A DNA stretch of 63,790 nt, filler included, from Octopus bimaculoides (lineage: Eukaryota), in assembly GCF_001194135.2 (NCBI RefSeq). It is 8 parts of 8 records of this genome, joined end to end, with 100 filler letters (N's around TTAATTAATTAA, not from the genome) between each part and the next. Parts side by side here need not be neighbours in the genome. Positions count along the whole stretch, not along the records: positions 2,989 to 24,407 come from NC_068997.1; positions 24,508 to 39,618 come from NC_068991.1; 6 more parts are not named here. The stretch is one strand, 5' to 3'. The notes under the pieces are model-generated. The model was not told the origin of the DNA. It ran no database searches and worked only from the letters and a program-made list of their open reading frames with translations. Positions 23,824 to 36,486 of the stretch are shown piece after piece. Within the stretch, counting starts at the first letter, position 1, and every line of letters begins with the position of its first letter. The translations under genes were made by a program, and so were the position numbers.

Positions 23824-24070
23824 NTGTTTATGGAAGACCAGCATCGCCCATGCATACCGGCCTCCCCTCTCCACTCCACCAGTGTTATCCAAGGGAAAGG
23901 CAAAGGGGCCGATACAGCTTGGCACCTGTGACGTCACAACTCATTTCTACAGCTGAGTGAACTGGAGTAACGTGAAATAAAGTGTCTTGCTCAAGAACAC
24001 AACACGAACTCACAACTTCACGAACGTAAGCTCGACGCTCTAACCATTTAGCCATGAGCCTTCCCACACT
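23824..24070 (-). mobile_element. tRNA-derived SINE family C with Deu/Nin-like core
   Basis: Reverse strand: GGCTCATGGCTAAATGGTTAGAGCGTCG (A box), GTGAGTTCG (B-box-like), TTCTTGAGCAAGACACTTTATTTCAC...CAGTTCACTCAGCTGTAGAAATGAG. Confidence 0.7.
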
Positions 24071-24107
<37 letters not shown>

Positions 24108-24109
<2 letters not shown>

Positions 24110-24301
24110 GCTAGATGTGTCGAAACAATTGTGATTAATAAATTCTCATATATTTCATCTTCCGTCTTTCATTTGTAACATATATATGTGTGTGTATGTG
24201 TGTGTGTGCGCGCGCGCATTTGTGTGTGTGTGGCAAATGAAAGACGGAAGATGGAATATACAAGAATTTATTAATCATAATTGTTTCGACACATCTAGCA
24301 T
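24108..24301. repeat. 68-bp inverted repeat (4 mismatches) around a microsatellite spacer
   Basis: 24108-24175 versus the reverse complement of 24234-24301. Confidence 0.9.
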
Positions 24302-24383
24302 CGATCCCTCGCGGGTGAGACACTTAGCAACTAGTTCAGGATCATCCGGTGGTGCAGATGTATCTCATCGGGTGATAAATAAA
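24267..24383 (-). ncRNA. Decayed hammerhead-like motif (PLE pseudo-LTR-like)
   Basis: TTTATTTATCAC/(A/G)TGATTAATAAA stem I; CCGATGA core (U4 to C); GATACATCTG/TAGATGTGTC stem II; GAAAC. The cleavage triplet does not fit the canonical register. Confidence 0.5.
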
Positions 24384-24577
24384 TAGTGTATATATATATA
24401 TATATATNNNNNNNNNNNNNNNNNNNNNNNNNNNNNNNNNNNNNNNNNNNNTTAATTAATTAANNNNNNNNNNNNNNNNNNNNNNNNNNNNNNNNNNNNN
24501 NNNNNNNCATATATATATATGTATGTATGTATATATATATATACATATATATATATATGTATATATGCATACGTATG

Positions 24578-24619
<42 letters not shown>

Positions 24620-24620
<1 letters not shown>

Positions 24621-24823
24621 ATTTGTGTGTGTGTGTCTCTCTGTTTGTACCCCTACCGTCGCTTGACAACCGATGTTGGTGTGTTTACGTCCCCGTAACT
24701 TAGCGGTTCGGCAAAAGAGACCGATAAAATAAGTACTAGGCTTAGAAAGAATAAGTCCTTGGGTCGATTTGTTCGACTAAAGTCGGTGCTCCAGCATGGC
24801 CGAATTCAAATAACTGAAACAAG
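24620..24823 (+). mobile_element. SINE family A tail
   Basis: Matches 630-846. Confidence 0.9.
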
Positions 24824-24868
24824 NNNNNNNNNNNNNNNNNNNNNNNNNNNNNNNNNNNNNNNNNNNNN

Positions 24869-24905
<37 letters not shown>

Positions 24906-26619
24906 ACGTGTGTGTGTGCCTGTGTGTGATAAAATGTAAGAGAAATGGTGCTAGATTGACAGAGGCAGAAACATATGCACATGCCAAGAGTCTAAGATAC
25001 AAATAGAATGGTGTGTAAACACAATTCCAGTATACATTATGCTTATGTTTTTTGCTTTGCTTTGCTTTGCTTCTGTATTTTGCATTTGTATTTCTGATAA
25101 CATTTAATACCAGCATCACATAAGCATTAATCAAATCCCTCCTCGTTCCTCCTTGCCAAAGATTCCTTTCAACATCACATAAAGCAATGATTTAGTCAGG
25201 TTTATGTGGAATTTTATATCATCCGTCGAATCCTGTTACCTGTAAATAACACATGTACAATTACTAAATGTTCTTGTTTAAAATGCGATAGATAAGGAGG
25301 TTTTTTTTTTGTTAGTTAATGTCAGAACCAGTTGGTAAGATTATTCCTCCAATTGTTATTGTTGCTATTGCTGTTAATGTTGTTGTTTAACCCGAGATCA
25401 GCCCTGTTGTAGCAGAAATGGTTTCAAATTTTAGCAGCAATTTTAAGGGAAGGGGTAAGTCGGTTACATCAACCTCAGTACTGCACTGGTACATATTTTA
25501 TCGTCCCCAAAAGATAAAAGACAAAGTCGACTTCGGCGGAACTGGAACTTAGAACGTAAAGACGAACGAAATGCTGCTGAACTTTTCGTCTGGTACGCTA
25601 GCGACTCTGCCGGCTCGACGCTGGGCAAATCCTTGATCAAAGGTATTTTTCATTTACAGGTATCCAGTGTAAACATCGTGCAATGAAGACTGCATCATCT
25701 TATACATCCTCTTTTTTCGATTCATTACATTCTGAGTTCAAATTCCGCCGAGGTCGACTTTGCTTTTATCCTTTTGGGTCGATAAAGTACGTACCAGTTC
25801 AGCACTGTCGATGTAATCGGCGGTTAAATTCTTCTCCTAATTGCATTATAGCAAAAGTTGAGTCCATTAAATTATGTGTCATTCCTTTTTTTTGAGGCGA
25901 TAGTGAATATGAAAAAGGCTTATCTGCTATTTCTAGCAAAGCAAGCGATCCAGGGAAGCAATATTTATCTATCCATCTCTCTTTCTCTCTCTCTTTCTCT
26001 CGCTTCGGAGGTTCGTTGATTATTTATGCCAACTCTGCTGATTCCTTTGGTCCAATAAGGTGTCAAATGAAGAGCTGTACTATAAAACTGTTTCTTGAAA
26101 CAAAAGGCCGGTAACTCAGATGATTAGATCACGGACAGATACTAATAAAGCGGACCAGAATATCAAAGATATCATTATGATGGACACTATCTGCAAAATA
26201 TTTATTAGCGACAGAGGACGTATTAATACCAAAAAGTAATATTTATCCCCACTTAAACGTGAATGTTATGCGGTAGATACCATGAGAGAAACTGCGAAGC
26301 TGTACCAAGAGCCAGTATGAGAGTATCTCTCGTGGTAACTATCGCAGTATAGTTTATTCTAACAAAACACGTTAAAGTGGGGATAGGTATCTACTATCGG
26401 CTAAGTGCGATCCTAGACAGCCAAGAATATCTGGTATAGAACAGTTGAAAATAAACTGAGGGGAACGTATTTTACATTGTACCAGGTCACACAGGGTTGC
26501 TAAAAGCCGGTCGGAATTATGTCGAACAGTCGAAGCCTTGTTTTTCCAGCTGAGAGGAAGAGGATTAAGAAATGAAAGAGAAATCAACATTGTTGGGTCT
26601 TTCGATAGAATAGACGGGA

Positions 26620-26785
26620 TTTTAATTGTGGTTAAGAAATTCGTTCACAACCACTTAGTTTCGAGTTCAGTCCTACTCCACGGCACTTTAGATAAATTTC
26701 TTCTACAAGTTTCTTCTACTATGTCTCCGGGCCGATCAATGCTTTTTGACTGTATTTGGTAGACAGAAACCGAGTGGAAGCCCGT
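26620..26785 (+). mobile_element. SINE family A head, diverged
   Basis: GTGGTTAAGAAATTCG...GAGTTCAGTCC...GGGCCGATCAATGC...TTTGGTAGACAGAAAC...GGAAGCCCGT. Confidence 0.7.
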
Positions 26786-26851
26786 AATACATACATACAT
26801 ACATACATACATGCATGCATGCATGCATACATACATACATACATACATACA

Positions 26852-26904
<53 letters not shown>

Positions 26905-26993
26905 NNNNNNNNNNNNNNTTCAAGAACCTTCTGACTTTTAATGTGCTAGTTTCCTGGTATTAAATTGATATTAATTAATATCGAATTTTTACC

Positions 26994-27072
<79 letters not shown>

Positions 27073-29257
27073 CTACAAGAGTGCCCATTTCATAATTGCA
27101 TATAAATTTATAGATATATGAGGGTGCAAGTATGTTTGTGTGTTTGTATGATTGTACGCACACACACACGAACACATACACTTACACATGCGCACGCACG
27201 CTCACACACATGCGAACAAAGAGGATTAGCACGGACAAACAAATATATGTATATATACATGTAGTGTGTACAATGGTGCATTCAACAAAAGCACCCCGTT
27301 GACTTACGTACCTTAGCACAAAAGGAAAACTTCGATTGATAGAGATCGATAAAACAAGTACCAGACAAATTATTTGTGTAAATAATATCGACAAGGCAGT
27401 CCCAGCTTAGCGAAGTCCAAAGACAATCGTAAGATTATAAAGGTATATATTTTCAGTGTAGTAATTATTATTGATAGTGTTTTCACTCTGTCATCGCACA
27501 TCTGGTTTATTTCCAATTCCAGAGGATAGTTCGATCGGAATAAACCGAGATATCGATTATAGGTTTTCGTTTCTGTTTTAAGTGTGATATCAGAGCAGTT
27601 TGCATTAATGTTATTTTACCACTTTGGAAAAATATGTCACACAGGAATGTAACCGTATCATTGCCGCATTAGGAATTTAGTACATGTACAATACCATTTA
27701 TTTATTCTCAGTTTCTTTGTGCAGTTATCTACAAATTGCCCAATCGATGTCGACCATTGTCAGGTACTGTTTGTGGATATATTCTCTCTTTCCAAAGAGT
27801 AGGTCGTAATCAGGAATTACGCCACCAAATCCCAAGCGGAATTTTTGTGCTTATTACGCGTGACTACAGTCACTTTTATTATTTTATTTTAGATGTTTTA
27901 GGATAAAGGCAGAAAAGTATATACTTCACATACAGCATTTAATTTGATTGTAGTCAACGGCTGTTTCCACAATGTGGAGATGTTTTAGACTGAGCATCGA
28001 TCATGTACAATAAAAAGCACATGGCCTTTTCATTTCTATCTTTTGAGCCGTTCTTAGTTTCTAAACTTTGCAAATACTGAAAATAGACTGAATTTTATTT
28101 CAATTTTGTCTTCTAGATTTTTGGTATTTTAAGAATTCCGAATTTATTATATGTTTTCTTTTTGCTCTTAAATATCATTTTGGCAATGTTTCCCTTATCT
28201 AAATCTTTTTTCTTCGTTGTATCTTGCTTTATCTGGTTGTACTTCAGTGTTTTCTGATATAGAGAAAAGTATTTTTTCTTTTTTTCTTTTCGTTTTATCT
28301 ACTCAGCAAGCCTTAACACTTTCTTAGTATTCTAGTAATTCCTAATAAAATACTTTGTTAGATATTTTGCTATACTTTTGATTCCTAATGTTACTAAACA
28401 TAATCGAATAGATCCTATACTTAAATATGCTAGCAGTATATGTAGCGAATATATCTTTGTTTTCTCACTATATATTTGAAATCCTACGCTTTCATCCTCT
28501 TACTTCTTCCCTTCTTCATCTTCCTTGATCGAAATTCCAAGTCCCCTCAGGTAATCTGATATCAATTATTTCTCATTCTCTTGCTTTTCATGTATCAATT
28601 CCCCTATTCTCCGTTTTATAGTTATACTGAGTACCGAAATCCCAAAGCATTCTAATAGTTTTACAGTTCGTTATTTACTAGAGGGTTAATACTCCATCAT
28701 TTCTCTATACTTTCTAATTTATACTAATTATTCCCATGGGACAATCTCTCTGCGACAGTATCATGTCGTTTCTCACCATGATCACAATCTAATTACTCAA
28801 TTGACGTTTGCTGGTTTTGTTACACATTCTACATAGAAGACATTCCGTTGTATGTTTATATGGAATTTCATGTTATGTATTATTATGTTCCATTACAATA
28901 AAAGTACCTCAATCTCAGGTTTACGTATGACATACGATTTTCTTATCTATAATTTTATCGTCATATATACGTTCACTCATCCCCACTGAAATAAAACTCC
29001 TCCCCCCTTCTCTTCCTTTCTCGATGGTTTCTCTCTCCACAACACTATCTGTTTTGTTTTGAAAATATCTTCACTTTATACTGGTGTCGTAGATTTCACT
29101 CTTACCTATTTCTGCTTTCCAAATCGCATCCTCCATAGAGTCCATACGATACCTTATGCACTGTGATGCGCTTGTTTTTCGCCTTATATACATACATGCA
29201 TCATACATACACACATACATACATATAAATATATATTCATATATGTATATATATATT

Positions 29258-29300
<43 letters not shown>

Positions 29301-29395
29301 GCACATAGGTACGTACATACACATACAGGCAGACAGACAGACATATATCTACACACATACACACATACATAATACATACATGCATACATACGTGC

Positions 29396-29428
<33 letters not shown>

Positions 29429-30229
29429 TGTGTGTGTGTAAAAGCACATTAAATTAAAATGAAGCCGATTTCTTACAGAGGGCTAAATACTCGACTTTAT
29501 ATGAGCCGTGCAAACGTAAAGGACATTTGTTTCGGGTGATGGAATTTATGGCTAAAAATAGGAGATACTATTTGGAAACACTATTTCTCTGAAAATAGAG
29601 AGAAAATAAAAGATGTAAGAATTTTATATTAAAAGGGAAGGAAGGGTGTATGAAGTACAACTGTACGTGATGTTTATATTGTGTACAGTGTCTGCATTAC
29701 GCGGTAAGTTGAATGCTGGACTGACCCTTGTCTTGTTCGTGCAAAGGTGAACATTTTTATGAAATCGAAAGTAAGAGCCAATGGTTTGACCATTCCAAAG
29801 AAATTAAATGTCTGGATGATATTTAGTGTACTATCATCGTTTGGATGATAGTATACTTACGGAAGAGAATGAACAACTTTCATTTCAATGACTTGTAGGA
29901 AGAGTTCAAAACGCATATGGCGTTTGTAAAAAATTCTAGGTTTAGTGGAAAGAAAACATAAAAACAGGATGAAAATGATGAAAGTCAGACGCTATTAAAT
30001 GAAAAAATATAGAGCTTACGAGAGTCCTTAGGGAAGAAATAGAAATACATAAGAGCCAAACTTCTCCAGGGAGGTGCACTTTAAGGAACAGCGTAGGATC
30101 CGTGATATACAGAACACACAGTGGAGGAATAAAGCAGATCGGGTTCAATCTGTATCTCCAACAATACAAAATTTCCCTATAACTTGTGGCAAGTTTATTG
30201 GGCGTCTTCCTCTCAAATTGCTCTTTTGT

Positions 30230-30995
30230 GTACTCTGAATGGCAAAAATTGCTCTGAGATCCTAAAGATATTCTTGACAGGGTGTATGAACATTTTAACC
30301 TCCATTTAAAAAGGGCTTCTCACGTTGATGAGTTTGTTAGCTTGATTCCTGCATTCCCTCAAAAGAATATATGCCAAGGCAGAAACTCCTTCTTTTGAAT
30401 AAGTTGAAAATGCAGTAAAAAAGCTAAATAGTAGTAAGTTGCCTTGAATGAATGGATGGTCTCTGTGCTGAAATCTTGAAATGTAGTAGTGGAAGCCTAC
30501 TTTGTTTAACTAACTTAATGCAAAAGATTTCAATTGAAGAGAGTGTCCCAAATTATTGGAAGATGGGCTGATGATGAAAAAGGTATCTTATGAATTCCTT
30601 CATAAGAGCAAGCAGTGCATAGAGTCTAACAACCAGTATGGAAAAAGACAATTCTAATGTATCAACCTGTAACAGGCGAAGCCTGATCTGAACGAAACAT
30701 TAACGTGTATGGAAAGAAATTGCAGGTTGTGGATAAATTCGAGTATTTAGGAAGTACTGTAAACTTGACAAATATTTTTGATAATGAAATCTTCCTCTAA
30801 ATCAGGAAAGCCAATGATGCATTTGGAAAATTGGATGGACATTTATGGACTCAGCATCAAGGATACATTGGTGAAGGTCAAAAGTTTTGGAAAATGTTCG
30901 GAAAAATTGCAGGTTATGGATAAATTTGAGTACTTAGGAAGTACTATAAACTTTACAAATATTTTTGATAATGAAATTCCCCTCCAAATCAGGTT
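30230..30995 (+). mobile_element. Decayed RTE/BovB-like LINE with internal deletion and a ~90-bp duplication
   Basis: DPKDILDR.YEHF, TPSFE*VENAVKKLN, AEILK, EESVP..W; then KKLQVVDKFEYLGSTV..DNEI...IRKANDAFGKL. Bases 30717-30806 are repeated at 30904-30993. Confidence 0.75.
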
Positions 30996-31331
30996 TAAGA
31001 GAACACAAGCGCAGATATTACTCGGAATCGAGTCACAGCCATCAGGTATGCATGTAGGCACTTATATATGTATGTACTATGTATGCATGTATGAATTTAT
31101 GTACGTATTATGTATGTTGTATATGTATGTATGTAGGCATGTAAGTAGGTATTTATGTTACCCTTCGGAACTGAAGGCTCTTCAACAGCAATAAACACAT
31201 TTCAGCTAAACTAGTCTTGTTTATAACTAGTTTAACAAAGATGGCTAAAACACGTGCGCTAATGGATGCTTCTACTTCAGAAAATATCGCTAAAGAAATA
31301 TAATATGCCTTTATTTCAAAACAGAAACAAC

Positions 31332-31370
<39 letters not shown>

Positions 31371-31455
31371 NNNNNNNNNNNNNNNNNNNNNNNNNNNNNN
31401 NNNNNNNNNNNNNNNNNNNNNNNNNNNNNNNNNNNNNNNNNNNNNNNNNNNNNNN

Positions 31456-31514
<59 letters not shown>

Positions 31515-32765
31515 ACGCGCGTGTGTATAGTTTCTGATATTATTGCAAACGTTTAATCCCGATGTAGCTGAAGTAACAGAAGGTCCTTGCCATCCGAAAT
31601 ATCAATGATTTGAGTAGGAAAAGAAATGTATAAATTGACGCAATAAATTAATTCGGTTGAAAAAGAAATACTCTCTTGGTGCAAGGCCGATATTTTACAC
31701 GCTATTCGAAGTTTTCAAGGAGGAAACTTCAGCAATGGGCTTTAAATTGGTTTAGGGAAAAAACATCACGTTATTCCTGTGAGATACCTGGTACGAAACA
31801 TACTTCCCAGAAAAAAAAATAGCGTTTTTAACGCGGTGAAGTACAGTGGATGTTTATGACATAAATGACATCAGAATGGCAGCGACAAACTAAAATCTTA
31901 ACTGATTTAATAGTACATTTTATGGTTGCAGGATCGATAACATTTATACCACAAGTGAACTGGTCTTGATCCAATTCATTCTCTCCTTTCCCACCGTTTT
32001 ACTACATATAGATTAATAACGGGTTCAAATCAATCACAGTTCTGTTTCTTGATAGAGTGCATTGTTCTACGTTATCACAACTCACTTTGCTTTCGGAGCA
32101 AGGAAGACTAGACGCTTACAACAAAGAAAAACTGTTATTTTAAAAAACATTTTTGAAAATAGATTTGTGCTTTTTACGCGATAGGAAGGAGTCTAAAGAC
32201 GATAAACAGGTAAAATCCAATGTTAAATTCCAGAAGTGAAATAGAATGTGAAGAAAAGGGTAGAAAACAAGAGAGAAGCTAGTATCATGAAACACCAGCG
32301 AAGAAGTTGGATGGAGAGCGGAGTAGGTGGAAATTATAAAATGAAAAGGAAAAGAACGTGTGCGTGCGGACGTGTATGTAGCTTACTGCGTTCTAGTACT
32401 GATGCCTGTTTATGTGAGTGCGTGGCAAGTGGATATACATATATATATANNNNNNNNNNNNNNNNNNNNNNNNNNNNNNNNNNNNNNNNNNNNNNNNNNN
32501 NNNNNNNNNNNNNNNNNNNNNNNNNNNNNNNNNNNNNNNNNNNNNNNNNNNNNNNNNNNNNNNNNNNNNNNNNNNNNNNNNNNNNNNNNNNNNNNNNNNN
32601 NNNNNNNNNNNNGTACAGTAAGGGCAGATTTTTTAAATCCAACGAACCTTTATGCAGATATACCTTTTTAAAGGGATGTGATAAACCTATTATAATGGGT
32701 AATACTAAGTGTACTTTTTCTTTTTCTTTTTCTTTTGTGATGTAATCTTTGGACTAGTAATGTTT

Positions 32766-32860
32766 GCGGCTGAAGATAGCTTTAAACCATCTTTTATATC
32801 AACCATACCTATACTGATGTAATGACAGATTGTTTATAAAGCTTGAAACACGTGTACAGC
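32766..32860 (+). ncRNA. Type I hammerhead ribozyme with long stem II, partly decayed
   Basis: GCGG/CAGC stem I (1 mismatch); CTGAAGA 32770-76; AGCTTTA/TAAAGCT, AAC/GTT and ATCT/AGAT stem II with a U-U closing mismatch; GAAAC 32845-49; perfect palindrome ACACGTGT; GUA site, cut after 32856. Confidence 0.7.
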
Positions 32861-32893
32861 GATATCCTTTGTGTTCTGTTTTCAATTTATGTT

Positions 32894-32926
<33 letters not shown>

Positions 32927-32930
<4 letters not shown>

Positions 32931-33720
32931 GTGGGGAAGCAAAACTTGGAAAATAATAACTAATTCACCAAATTGTTTATATTACAACGACCACCGACTC
33001 GACATAAATATAATTTTAACACAAGTTTATAGGAAACAATTTATTCACTATGTCTACCTTCATTGTTCACCACAGCCTTCACACGCCGCCTGAAAGCGTC
33101 ACAACTTTTCATGATGAAGTACTCAGACATGTTGTCTCACTCTTCCCTCAGGATATGCTTAAAATGATGAAGACTTGGATGCGAAGTTCTGTTGGTAGAG
33201 TGCTCCAATTTTTCCCCCATACGGCATAGTCCAGGGAGTTCAATTCTGAGCTGGAAGAAGGCCAGAAGTTGGCAGGACAAAAGTCGGCGAAGTTGTCTTT
33301 GCAGAATTACTGCACTTTCTTCGCAGTATCAGCAGGAGAACCATCTTGGGTCCACACACAATTACCGTTGGGGTAGTTGGACGTCAGCCAAGGCAAAACC
33401 TTAGACAGCAGGACTTTATAATAATCGTTAGCTTCCACTTTTTCCCCAGACTTGAAAAAATGGAGAGGCATCTTTTTTCTGTCAGTATCATGACTTGATC
33501 TGGGGGCTTGGTCCTAAAGATGCCCTTTACTTCAGAAGGTGACTTAGCTATGTCCATTGCGACGTTTTAAAACAGCTTCAACGGTAAAGGTATTTTCATC
33601 TGAAAGGATTTTGACAGTTTGTCCATTGTGCTTCAGGTATCACAACACTTTCATGCCTTTTGGTTTTCATTGCATGAGTCAATAGGTGTCTCGGGGTCCT
33701 CACGTATGACGCCAAATGTA
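32927..33720 (-). mobile_element. maT (DD37D) transposon, decayed
   Basis: KILSDENTFTVEAVL; FRTKP; KKMP; YYKVL..VLPWL..NYP; WTQDGSPA...FWPSSSSELNSLDYAVWG. Exactly 111 nt (37 codons) lie between the Asp codons at 33343-45 and 33229-31. End CAGAGTGGGGAAGCAAAA follows TA. Confidence 0.85.
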
Positions 33721-33729
33721 AATCAGTGT

Positions 33730-33860
33730 GTACAGCATTTCCAGATTTTTATGTTACGGGAAGAACATAAAAACATTTGTAACTCGTCGGCAAAAATGTG
33801 TTAATTGAAATGGTAGTTACTTTGATGAATAAAATTTCCGCATTGCTGAAATATATTGTG
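33730..33860 (+). mobile_element. Hsmar1-like mariner C-terminal fragment
   Basis: PDFYVTG...IKTFVTRRQKCVN*NGSYFDE*. Confidence 0.65.
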
Positions 33861-34444
33861 ATGAATTTAATATTTCAAAATGTTGCTTACTTTTTACTCA
33901 GCCTGATAATTCATTATTTTCTATCTGTTGACATGTCTATGTGTGTGTAATCATTCATAATGTCAATGGAATTTTTTTCAGGTGGTAACTATTATATTAA
34001 GAAATTTAAGTCTTTCTTGAGCTGATTAGTTAAATTCATGAGTGATAGTTTGCTGAAGAAGACAAAACTATGTCATCCGGCTCTGCTTGAAATCACTAAT
34101 AATCACTTATTGTCCGTTTTATGAACATTTGACTCTTAACGCTTTCAAACATATTGAAAATGTGCTACAGCCTAGCCGCAAGAATGACTGTTGTAAGCTG
34201 TTGACTTCGCTACGTAGTTGGAGTTTGGTCTCACAGCGAGTTTTCTATTGTAATCTCGCGTTCACAGAAAACTGAATGTCTCTTAAACTATTCTGACATT
34301 TTTTGATATTTCATTTTTTTCTTCTGTTTTGATATCCCGTAGTTTAGTTATTTTCTCGCGCTGCTACAAACTACTTCTCGTTGCAAAGACACGATAGCTA
34401 CAATGTATATGTATGGATATAACTGTACACACACACAATTTACG

Positions 34445-34479
<35 letters not shown>

Positions 34480-35674
34480 AAATAATAAATGAGTATATGC
34501 ATATATACGTACAGGTATGTGCATACCTACGTCTACCTGTATATATAGGTGCATATCTAGGTACAGGACATTGCAAACAAAACGTAGACAAGAAAATAAT
34601 AATAACCAGAGTACAGAAAACACACAAGCTACATAGAGAACATTTTCCTTCATCAGCTACCCACGTTTTAACACCGGCGTTTCGAAGAATATATGTATGT
34701 GTGTGTGTGTGTGTGCACAAAAAAATATATATGTATGTATACGTATGTGTGTGTATATGTATATGTATGCATGCACACACACACATATATGGATATGTGG
34801 ATGTATGTATGTGGGTGTGTGTGTATGTATGTATATATAAAACACGAGTTATTTTTCTTTTATATGTACACATATATATATGTATATATATATATGTATA
34901 TATNNNNNNNNNNNNNNNNNNNNNNNNNNNNNNNNNNNNNNNNNNNNNNNNNNNNNNNNNNNNNNNNNNNNNNNNNNNNNNNNNNNNNNNNNNNNNNNNN
35001 NNNNNNNNNNNNNNNNNNNNNNNNNNNNNNNNNNNNNNNNNNNNNNNNNNNNNNNNNNNNNNNNNNNNNNNNNNNNNNNNNNNNNNNNNNNNNNNNNNNN
35101 NNNNNNNNNNNNNNNNNNNNNNNNNNNNNNNNNNNNNNNNNNNNNNNNNNNNNNNNNNNNNNNNNNNNNNNNNNNNNNNNNNNNNNNNNNNNNNNNNNNN
35201 NNNNNNNNNNNNNNNNNNNNNNNNNNNNNNNNNNNNNNNNNNNNNNNNNNNNNNNNNNNNNNNNNNNNNNNNNNNNNNNNNNNNNNNNNNNNNNNNNNNN
35301 NNNNNNNNNNNNNNNNNNNNNNNNNNNNNNNNNNNNNNNNNNNNNNNNNNNNNNNNNNNNNNNNNNNNNNNNNNNNNNNNNNNNNNNNNNNNNNNNNNNN
35401 NNNNNNNNNNNNNNNNNNNNNNNNNNNNNNNNNNNNNNNNNNNNNNNNNNNNNNNNNNNNNNNNNNNNNNNNNNNNNNNNNNNNNNNNNNNNNNNNNNNN
35501 NNNNNNNNNNNNNNNNNNNNNNNNNNNNNNNNNNNNNNNNNNNNNNNNNNNNNNNNNNNNNNNNNNNNNNNNNNNNNNNNNNNNNNNNNNNNNNNNNNNN
35601 NNNNNNNNNNNNNTATCCATCTATTGTTTTCATAATCGGTCATAATGTCTTACGTTTAAGATGATTCCCATGCT

Positions 35675-35758
35675 TTCCCTGATGAGAAGGTTACAATTTT
35701 AATATCAAAGATCCCTATGGATCACACAGGTTGTAATCCTTTGAAACATATGTAGGAA
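35675..35758 (+). ncRNA. Type I hammerhead ribozyme, same architecture as 8107, within a solo pseudo-LTR-like repeat (35614-35815)
   Basis: TTCC/GGAA stem I; CTGATGA 35679-85; GAAGG-TTACAA/TTGTAA-T-CCTTT stem II with nested GATCC-CTAT-GGATC hairpin; GAAAC-ATAT-GTA, cut after 35754; AATAAA overlaps the 3' arm. Confidence 0.85.
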
Positions 35759-36448
35759 TAAAGTATGCAATTATAACATGCGTTTTCTCCAATCCTTAAG
35801 TTCTTAAATATACTCAAATACCCAAAATTTCAAGGAGTTCCTGCCTTAAAAACAGGAGCTAACCACAGTTATTTTGTGTTCTTTGCTACATTGGTTTCTA
35901 TTAACCCATTTATTCTATCAGAAGAATTTTTATTCATTAAGATAGGAGAAATACACATAATTATATATATTCATTTAAAATGCAGAGATGCCTATAATAG
36001 GACATTTACTCGCTAGAAATAGCAGCAAAAGACTACATACCACAAAAAATTAGGATAATTTCGAAAGGAAATGAAAAATAAAAACTTTTACCAATCTATA
36101 TTCTGTACCATGGTTTCAAGTCAATTTTAGTAAGATAAAGATTATATCTTACAAGGTCGGACTATCGTCAGCAGAAATGACCAGACAACATATGAGGCAC
36201 GAGTCAATACGCAGCATGGTTCGTGTTCCTATGTCTAATTTTTCAAAATATACCGCGTATTTGCGGTTCACCTAATCGGCAGCAAATGCAAAAATGCCGA
36301 AATTTATTAATATATATATATATATATATGTGTNNNNNNNNNNNNNNNNNNNNNNNNNNNNNNNNNNNNNNNNNNNNNNNNNNNNNNNNNNNNNNNNNNN
36401 NNNNNNNNNNNNNNNNNNNNNNNNNNNNNNNNNNNNNNNNNNNNNNNN

Positions 36449-36486
<38 letters not shown>

